Shown in pieces: positions 37,060 to 43,165 of a stretch of DNA of 43,165 nucleotides. The notes below the pieces were generated by a model that saw only the letters and a list, made by a program, of their open reading frames with translations, did not search any database and was not told the DNA's origin. The DNA is from a virus. Taxonomy: Duplodnaviria > Heunggongvirae > Uroviricota > Caudoviricetes. The translations under genes were made by a program, and so were the position numbers. The stretch's first letter is position 1, and every line of letters begins with the position of its first letter. The DNA is taken from IMG/VR virus record IMGVR_UViG_2541047954_000002, positions 1 to 43,165 of that record, one strand, 5' to 3'.

Positions 37060-37093
37060 ATAATTAACTCTCCTTAGTTTTGCGCAGGATACC

Positions 37094-37459
37094 ATGAAAA
37101 AAGTTAACATTGGAAACGTACCAAAGATGCTCGTTCCGCTCTTTGAGAGCGGTACAATTGTGTTTTGTAGAGACTTTCCAGAATGGCAACGCCTGCATCA
37201 AAAACTTGGCGTTGACGTGCATGACTCGGACGCCAACGGAGCGTCTCATACAATGAGTAGCGAGAATGGTGTTTTGCATGTGATAGGCGTGTTCAATGGC
37301 AAACTATCTACTATTGCCCATGAGTGCGCTCACATGGCATTCGATATCTGCTCAAGGGTAGGTGTTGATGTTGAACCAGGAAGAGCCAACGAGACTTACT
37401 GCTACTTAATGAGCAGGCTTGTTGAGTTCTGCGAGCGACATATCAAAAAGCCGGAGTGA
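37094..37459 (+). CDS. Hypothetical protein with HExxH motif (IAHECAHMAFD), 121 aa
   Basis: ORF with a possible zinc-metallopeptidase HExxH motif; weak SD; overlaps the probable promoter region of the lipoprotein gene. Confidence 0.3.
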   Translation: MKKVNIGNVPKMLVPLFESGTIVFCRDFPEWQRLHQKLGVDVHDSDANGASHTMSSENGVLHVIGVFNGKLSTIAHECAHMAFDICSRVGVDVEPGRANETYCYLMSRLVEFCERHIKKPE

Positions 37460-37472
37460 CCCGGCTTGATTA

Positions 37473-37652
37473 TTACTTTTTGCTGTCTGGAGTTCGCTTA
37501 TCCAATACCCAGCCATGACCTGGCTTTGTTGTTGGTGGAAGCCTTTCGTTGTCCTTGACGGTTGCAAAATTGTCTTTCTTACCGCCGCGTGGGCCAACTT
37601 CTTGGTATATTCCGCCGTTTTTTCCTGTGTTTTCACCTGGTTTTTTCGCCAT
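37473..37652 (-). CDS. Small hydrophilic protein, ~59 aa, YjzC-like
   Basis: MAKKPGENTGKNGGIYQEVGPRGG...LPPTTKPGHGWVL pattern resembles small YjzC-family proteins; hairpin plus T-run immediately downstream on the minus strand. Confidence 0.4.
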   Translation of the reverse strand: MAKKPGENTGKNGGIYQEVGPRGGKKDNFATVKDNERLPPTTKPGHGWVLDKRTPDSKK

Positions 37653-37734
37653 GATATACCTCAACATACACCCGTTATTGGGCGATTAAATATTGATCTC
37701 ATTTTATAAGTAGTCAATATGGCCCAGGTAAATG

Positions 37735-37767
37735 CAAAAATTAACCCACCTTCAGGTGGGTTTTTTG
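37735..37767. terminator. Bidirectional terminator-like hairpin overlapping the mnt stop codon
   Basis: ACCCACC-TTCA-GGTGGGT hairpin flanked by a T-run on the plus strand and by AATTTTTG on the minus strand. Confidence 0.5.
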
Positions 37768-38003
37768 TACAAATCCTTCAGCGTATCAAACACCATCTTC
37801 TTAACAAGTTCAGACTGCTCATCAGCGATGCGTTCCGCATCGTCTCGATAGCCTGAAATTTTGGATGGCTTTGATACGGCATCAGTCACTATCTGAACTA
37901 ATTCTGAATTAAGAGAGCGGCCATTGGATTTGGCTCGCTGTTTTAGTTTTTCCTTTAATTCGTAAGGTAGCCGCAGATTAAATTGCGGGTCATCTCTTCC
38001 CAT
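37752..38003 (-). CDS. mnt: Mnt repressor (ribbon-helix-helix), 83 aa
   Basis: DDPQFNLRLPYELKEKLKQRAKSNGRSLNSELVQIVTDAVSKPSKISGYRDDAERIADEQSELVKKMVFDTLKDLYKK closely matches remembered P22 Mnt. Confidence 0.9.
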   Translation of the reverse strand: MGRDDPQFNLRLPYELKEKLKQRAKSNGRSLNSELVQIVTDAVSKPSKISGYRDDAERIADEQSELVKKMVFDTLKDLYKKPT

Positions 38004-38077
38004 TCTTGATGCCTCGCTTTTGTGAGTGGATCGGCATCTTATTATCTGCTGGTTGCATCCTCAATAAGACCACAGTG

Positions 38078-38092
38078 GTCTCTTTGTTTGAT
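38078..38092. promoter_or_regulatory. Candidate Mnt operator (perfect palindrome AGACCACAGTGGTCT) in the mnt upstream region
   Basis: 15-bp perfect palindrome between mnt and the tailspike gene. Confidence 0.4.
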
Positions 38093-38149
38093 TAATAATG
38101 CATCACTGTGGCAATGCTGCGGCGATTCCTTGTATCTGGAGCAAATTAA

Positions 38150-40855
38150 ATGACAGACATTACAGCCAATGTTGTAGTGAGTATGCCTTCGCAACTCTTC
38201 ACTATGGCGCGTTCTTTTAAAGCCGTAGCCAATGGCAAAATTTATATCGGTAAAATTGACACTGACCCGGTAAATCCTGAAAACCAGATTCAGGTTTATG
38301 TAGAGAACGAAGACGGTTCTCACATTCCTGTTTCGCAACCAATAATCATTAACGCTGCTGGATATCCGGTATATAACGGACAGATTGCCAAATTCGTAAC
38401 CGTGCAAGGCCATTCTATGGCTGTTTACGATGCTTATGGCACTCAGCAGTTTTATTTTCCAAATGTATTAAAATACGATCCAGATCAGTTTGGCCCAGAC
38501 TTCAAAGAGCAGTTATCTCAATCAGGAGCATACATTAATGATGATTCAAAAGGTGATGCATTAATTGGGGTAAGGCAGCCATTTACCGGGGCTGTAACTA
38601 TAACTCAGCATGAAAACAATGCTCTTTTCTTAAATGTAAAACAATTTGGAGCAATTGGGGATGGGAAATATCATCCATTATCTGAGTGGTTTTCTTCAAT
38701 TTCTGAAGCAAAATCCTTATATCCTTTTGTTGACTCATTATCTCAGTCAATAGACTGGGCCGCGTGGCAAGCTGCCATTAACACAGGAAAGGTTATTTAT
38801 GGTACTGATAATGCGTATGTAATAACGGATACGTTAACACCTGTTTCTGGTGGTGGGATAATTGGTCTTGGTGTGGGCAAATGGGTCTCCGGATATACTG
38901 CAACATTTGCTCCTGATATTACCACAGGGACCACATTCCTGATGTACGGTGTAGGAAATAAAAAATATACTGTAGATTGTGTTTCTAATATGGATGTTAG
39001 TGGTGGTGTGGTTTCTAATCCATCTTCCGAAGACCCGTATACAACAACGGCACCTGCGTCATCATATGATTTATTGGATTTTACTAACGGTGATGCTAAT
39101 GGGGCTACAAGAGCCACGCTTAAACCATTCTCTGCCGCAATATTGATGCCAGAGACAGGATGTGTTCGCCTTGAGAACTTTCGTATTGTTCCATATTTCA
39201 ATGGGCTGGATGGTTATAAAGACATTGCAAATACCGGTCTTGGCGATGAGTGGGATGTAGGTATTTGGTCACGTGCGTCTTTTGGCAATGAATACCGCAA
39301 TTTGCAGGTGGTTGGATACTGGCGCAAGACGGCACTTTTAAAAACGAACATTCCTGTATCTGGCACGCTGGCCGCTCAGGGCGAGGATGAAAACTATTAT
39401 CACTGTAGATTCCAGGGATTCAAGGGTGTTTCGATCCGCGCCCATGATGTATTCCGAATTACAGCGGTAACGTCCAGCACTATCGAAATCCCATGGTCAT
39501 CAAGCCACACCTTCGAAACGTCCGGGGTTTTAAGATCGGGAGGCAGGAATTTCACTTATTCAGGATTATCCGTATCCGGTGATAAGTTAGTATTTACTGG
39601 AGTGTCTAACGCTTCTGAGGCAACAGTAGGTTCTACTATACGGCGAAATGACATAGATAACTTTGGTATGGCGGGAACGCAATTTTTCGATTGCTACATT
39701 ACCAGCCTGTATCACCACACACATCTGCTTGCCACATCGCAATACCTGTCTCAGCCATTCAGCCGGCCATCAGAGTGTATGGAGGTTTCAGGGGAACCAG
39801 TTCGCGGTGTACAGGTACATGCGGGAACCATTCAGGGATGGGATGATGTTCTTATTCATCTGCATGACTGTGGAAATATGAACTTTTACAGTACATATTT
39901 CGAAAGCCAGCAAGCATATGTAACTATAAATGGTGGTAATGCTATTGGTTATGGAGCACGTATGATAGCTTCCCGGCAATCAACAAGCTCATTACCATAT
40001 GCAGCAGGGAATACTCGAGTGCTTAGAATGGTCGGGTGCTCTGAAGGCAATGGCGTTGACTGGGGTCCTGTATTTAACAACTATACAGGAGGAAGATATA
40101 ATTCTGGAGACGGTGTATTTAACCCCCGCGATGCATTTATAGACCATAAATCTCTTCCTGAGCAGTCAGGAGGTGAGTCAAGACTCGTATCACAAAAAGG
40201 AAATGCCAGAGTAGTATGTGGTGTTGGTAAAACTGTACTGCTTGGACCAACGTCAGGAGATTGTAATTTACAGAGTAATACTGGAAGTTTAAATATTAGA
40301 AGTGGGATAAGAGTAAGAATCGGTCACGCTGATGGAACAGACTGGTGGTTGGCAGATGCTAATAAAATAGCTCCTGTTGATGATAATGTTAAAGCTATTG
40401 GACAGCCATCAAACAGATGCTCTGTTATCTATGCAGGAACCGGGTCAATCAATACATCAGATGAAACTCTTAAAACAAGATATGATATTCTTAATGCAGA
40501 GCGTGATGCCGCTATTGAAATAAAGTCAGTCATCTATAAATTTAAATTTAATGACTCAATTAATCACAAAGGAATTGAGTCGTCCAGGTATCATTTTGGC
40601 GTTGGCGCTCAAACCGTAGGGGATATTCTTAGAAAGCATGGTTTAAATCCTGAGCAATATGCTTTTTGGTGTTACGATGAATGGCCTGACGTATGGGATG
40701 AAGAGGTGATAACTGAAGAGAGCACAGATCCTGATACAGGTGAGAAAATTTATTCTCAATATAAAACAGGAGATATGATTCTTGTAAAAAAAGCAGGAGG
40801 ACGCTACGGAATTCGTTATGACGAATTGGCTATGTTTATATTAATGGCAATGTAG
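38150..40855 (+). CDS. Tailspike protein: P22 gp9-like N-terminal head-binding domain, divergent receptor-binding body, C-terminal intramolecular-chaperone-like domain, 901 aa
   Basis: N-terminal ~115 aa [43 protein letters not shown]...[10 protein letters not shown] parallels P22 tailspike; C-terminal region has an SDETLK motif resembling autoproteolytic chaperone domains. Confidence 0.9.
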   Translation: MTDITANVVVSMPSQLFTMARSFKAVANGKIYIGKIDTDPVNPENQIQVYVENEDGSHIPVSQPIIINAAGYPVYNGQIAKFVTVQGHSMAVYDAYGTQQFYFPNVLKYDPDQFGPDFKEQLSQSGAYINDDSKGDALIGVRQPFTGAVTITQHENNALFLNVKQFGAIGDGKYHPLSEWFSSISEAKSLYPFVDSLSQSIDWAAWQAAINTGKVIYGTDNAYVITDTLTPVSGGGIIGLGVGKWVSGYTATFAPDITTGTTFLMYGVGNKKYTVDCVSNMDVSGGVVSNPSSEDPYTTTAPASSYDLLDFTNGDANGATRATLKPFSAAILMPETGCVRLENFRIVPYFNGLDGYKDIANTGLGDEWDVGIWSRASFGNEYRNLQVVGYWRKTALLKTNIPVSGTLAAQGEDENYYHCRFQGFKGVSIRAHDVFRITAVTSSTIEIPWSSSHTFETSGVLRSGGRNFTYSGLSVSGDKLVFTGVSNASEATVGSTIRRNDIDNFGMAGTQFFDCYITSLYHHTHLLATSQYLSQPFSRPSECMEVSGEPVRGVQVHAGTIQGWDDVLIHLHDCGNMNFYSTYFESQQAYVTINGGNAIGYGARMIASRQSTSSLPYAAGNTRVLRMVGCSEGNGVDWGPVFNNYTGGRYNSGDGVFNPRDAFIDHKSLPEQSGGESRLVSQKGNARVVCGVGKTVLLGPTSGDCNLQSNTGSLNIRSGIRVRIGHADGTDWWLADANKIAPVDDNVKAIGQPSNRCSVIYAGTGSINTSDETLKTRYDILNAERDAAIEIKSVIYKFKFNDSINHKGIESSRYHFGVGAQTVGDILRKHGLNPEQYAFWCYDEWPDVWDEEVITEESTDPDTGEKIYSQYKTGDMILVKKAGGRYGIRYDELAMFILMAM

Positions 40856-40873
40856 TTGCAATAAATGCAGTAT

Positions 40874-40902
40874 ATCCCGCATAAAAATGCGGGATTGTTT
40901 TT
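40874..40902 (+). terminator. Rho-independent terminator after the tailspike gene
   Basis: ATCCCGCATAAAAATGCGGGAT hairpin followed by TGTTTTT. Confidence 0.65.
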
Positions 40903-41189
40903 ATCTGGTGTATTTATGAATTTTAAGTAAATTTTAGTATTGATTACTGCATCGCAGTTAAAGCCTCATTACCTATGAGGCAAAACTGAGACACACAAGG
41001 CTTTGCACTGGATTGCAAGGCTTTGTGCTATCTGAGATATAGCAATGTTGGTTGCTCCACCTTTTCATCAAGCCAGTCCGCCCACCACTGCATCATTTCT
41101 CTGCGCTTATCGAGATACTGAGCATGGTTGTAAATTCAACTACCCCAGTGAGTTGACAAAAAATTAGCGCAAGAAGAAAAAAAATCACC

Positions 41190-41344
41190 TTGCGCTAATG
41201 CTCTGTTACAGGTCACTAATACCATCTAAGTAGTTGATTCATAGTGACTGCACATGCTGTGTTTTGCAGTATTATGTAGTCTATTATTTAGACCAAAACC
41301 ATCATAACACATTGATATTGATGATTTTTCTTGTTTCTCATTCA
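41190..41344. promoter_or_regulatory. attP P arm (Int/IHF/Xis binding region) at the right prophage end
   Basis: CTGTTACAGGTCACTAATACCATCTAAGTAGTTGATTCATAGTGACTGCA... resembles the remembered lambda P arm, with some divergence. Confidence 0.55.
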
Positions 41345-41359
41345 GCTTTTTTATACTAA
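41345..41359. repeat. attR core (GCTTTTTTATACTAA) followed by bacterial B' sequence
   Basis: Identical 15-bp core to attL; followed by CTTGAGCGAAACGGGAAGG, as remembered for attB. Confidence 0.9.
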
Positions 41360-41449
41360 CTTGAGCGAAACGGGAAGGTAAAAAGACAAAAAGTTGTTTT
41401 TAATACCTTTAAGTGATACCAGATGGCATTGCGCCATCTGGCAGAGTGA

Positions 41450-41926
41450 TTAACTAAACATCGCAGTAATCGAGGCACTCGCCAGAGAGTGAAAATGAAC
41501 GTTAAACCCGACCATCGCGCCGCTGGCACCTTCATCGACATCAATACGTTCTACATCCAGCGCGTGAACGGTAAAAATGTAGCGATGGGTTTCGCCTTTC
41601 GGCGGCGCTGCGCCATCGTACCCGGTTTTACCAAAGTCGGTACGCGTCTGCAAAACGCCGTCTGGCATAGCTACCAGACCAGAGCCAAACCCTTGCGGTA
41701 ATACGCGGGTATCAGCGGGTAAATTAACAACTACCCAGTGCCACCAGCCGGAGCCGGTTGGCGCATCCGGGTCATAGCAGGTGACAACAAAACTTTTCGT
41801 TCCCACAGGAACATCATCCCACGCCAGATGCGGTGAAATATTATCGCCATCGTAACCCATGCCGTTAAAGACATGACGATGCGGCAGCTTATCGCCATCG
41901 CGCAGATCGTTACTGATGAGTTTCAT
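41450..41926 (-). CDS. ybhB: Host YbhB (PEBP/Raf-kinase-inhibitor-like family protein), 158 aa
   Basis: MKLISNDLRDGDKLPHRHVFNGMGYDGDNISPHLAWDDVP... recognised as E. coli YbhB, the attB-flanking gene on the bio side. Confidence 0.9.
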   Translation of the reverse strand: MKLISNDLRDGDKLPHRHVFNGMGYDGDNISPHLAWDDVPVGTKSFVVTCYDPDAPTGSGWWHWVVVNLPADTRVLPQGFGSGLVAMPDGVLQTRTDFGKTGYDGAAPPKGETHRYIFTVHALDVERIDVDEGASGAMVGFNVHFHSLASASITAMFS

Positions 41927-42034
41927 TAGAATGCCTCCGGGAAACCTCGGCCTTCAGACCGGGGAGGAAAGGAGGCGGTTTTCCGACTAACTGTACTTTG
42001 CATAATCACATTTTCCTCTTTAGTATGTGAACAC

Positions 42035-43165
42035 ATGAAACGCGCATATAAATACCGGTTTTACCCGACAACTGAGCAGGCTGAGCTTTTAGCTCAGACG
42101 TTTGGCTGTGTGCGCTTCGTCTACAATTCCATCCTTCGTTGGCGTACCGATGCGTACTACGAGCGAAAAGAAAAGATCGGTTATCTACAGGCCAACGCTC
42201 GCCTTACGGCGCTCAAAAAAGAGCCTGAATACATATGGCTGAATGATGTTTCCTGCGTTCCCCTCCAGCAGTCGTTGCGCCACCAACAAGCCGCCTTTGC
42301 TAACTTCTTTGCCGGACGAGCTGCATATCCGGCTTTCAAAAGCAAACGGCACAAACAGGTGGCTGAGTTCACTGCCAGCGCGTTTAAACACCGTGACGGC
42401 GAGTTGTATATAGCAAAGAGCAAGTCGCCGCTGGATGTTCGCTGGAGTCGAGAATTACCATCTGCGCCGTCAACCGTTACCATTTCCAGAGATAGCGCTG
42501 GCAGGTACTTTGTTTCCTGCCTGTGTGAGTTTGAACCTGTATCAATGCCTGTTACCGCTAAAACGGTCGGCATTGATGTGGGCTTAAAAGATTTATTCGT
42601 CACCGATACCGGATTCAAAACCGACAATCCCCGCCACACCGCTAAATATGCGAAGCGATTAACGCTGCTACAGCGACGTTTAAGCAGGAAGCAAAAAGGC
42701 TCAAGAAACCGTATTAAAGCCCGCTTAAAGGTCGCCCGACTCCACGCGAAAATCGCCGATTGCCGGATGGACAATCTGCACAAGTTGTCCCGCAAACTGA
42801 TTAACGAAAACCAAGTTGTTTGCGTCGAATCCCTCAAGGTGAAAAACATGATCCGCAACCCGAAGCTGTCTAAAGCAATAGCTGACGCAGGCTGGAGCGA
42901 ACTTGTTCGCCAGCTCCAGTACAAAGGCAAATGGGCCGGGCGGTCAGTGGTCGCCATTGACCAGTATTTACCGTCCTCAAAATGCTGTAGTTGCTGCGGT
43001 TTCACCATGCAAAAAATGCCTCTTAATGTTCGTAAATGGCACTGCCCTGAATGCGGCGCAGACCATGATCGCGACATTAACGCGGCACGTAATATTAAAG
43101 CTGCCGGGCTGGCAGTGTTAGCCCACGGAGAGCCTGTAAACCCTGAATCGCAGCACGCGGCTTAG
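42035..43165 (+). CDS. tnpB: IS200/IS605-family TnpB (OrfB) RNA-guided nuclease-type protein, 376 aa, no tnpA
   Basis: RuvC-like motifs (GIDVGLKDL, ESLKVKNM) and C-terminal zinc finger CCSCCG...CPECG...RDINAARNI; stop codon at the window end; no upstream Y1-transposase gene. Confidence 0.85.
   Translation: MKRAYKYRFYPTTEQAELLAQTFGCVRFVYNSILRWRTDAYYERKEKIGYLQANARLTALKKEPEYIWLNDVSCVPLQQSLRHQQAAFANFFAGRAAYPAFKSKRHKQVAEFTASAFKHRDGELYIAKSKSPLDVRWSRELPSAPSTVTISRDSAGRYFVSCLCEFEPVSMPVTAKTVGIDVGLKDLFVTDTGFKTDNPRHTAKYAKRLTLLQRRLSRKQKGSRNRIKARLKVARLHAKIADCRMDNLHKLSRKLINENQVVCVESLKVKNMIRNPKLSKAIADAGWSELVRQLQYKGKWAGRSVVAIDQYLPSSKCCSCCGFTMQKMPLNVRKWHCPECGADHDRDINAARNIKAAGLAVLAHGEPVNPESQHAA

Larger units (their letters stand above)
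1331..41359. mobile_element. Integrated lambdoid prophage (lambda/P22 mosaic) at the lambda attB site, bounded by attL and attR
   Basis: Identical 15-bp cores at both ends; int/xis adjacent to the left core; complete early, replication, nin, lysis and virion modules between; host ybhC and ybhB outside. Confidence 0.9.

Noticed and set aside
37094-37459. HExxH-motif ORF as a confident metalloprotease
   Set aside because: Kept only as a low-confidence feature: weak RBS, opposite in strand to the surrounding operon, overlaps the probable promoter of the lipoprotein gene, and HExxH alone is a short motif that can occur by chance.
37515-37709. Plus-strand 64-aa ORF overlapping the YjzC-like gene
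   Set aside because: The minus-strand frame gives a hydrophilic protein with a recognisable conserved pattern and a downstream terminator; the plus-strand frame is Cys/Trp/Phe-rich and looks like a shadow.
42181-43077. Minus-strand 298-aa ORF antisense to tnpB
   Set aside because: tnpB has clear RuvC and zinc-finger motifs on the plus strand; the antisense ORF is a high-GC shadow.

Overview
The window is a ~40 kb lambdoid prophage integrated at the phage lambda attachment site between host genes ybhC (1..1284, -) and ybhB (41450..41926, -). The 15-bp core GCTTTTTTATACTAA is present at both junctions (1331..1345 and 41345..41359), and a solo IS200/IS605-type tnpB follows ybhB. The prophage is a mosaic. 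Lambda-type parts: int/xis, N with nutL/nutR, ninB/E/F/H and the S-R-Rz/Rz1 lysis cassette. Non-lambda immunity region: an S24-type CI repressor, cro, and TACCTNCAGGTA operators. P22-like parts: erf, an O-like initiator with internal iterons plus a DnaB-type helicase, the whole virion module (terminase, portal, scaffold, coat, gp4, gp10, gp26 needle, gp14/7/20/16, tailspike) and an mnt repressor without arc/ant. Two tRNA genes sit between Q and S. Accessory cargo sits at the usual hotspots: an HNH endonuclease and Dam-like methyltransferase plus a Rha/KilAC antirepressor in the nin region; an HNH homing endonuclease inserted into gene 10; a Lar-like anti-restriction domain preceded by a 14-bp x3 tandem repeat; AT-rich genes of unknown function downstream of N bounded by a 41-bp direct repeat; a small membrane protein co-transcribed with cI; and a lipoprotein operon on the opposite strand between gp16 and the tailspike. 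The best candidates for an undescribed system are the AT-rich pL-operon cargo, the cI-linked membrane protein and the lipoprotein locus. All calls come from reading the sequence and from remembered protein families; no database search was run.
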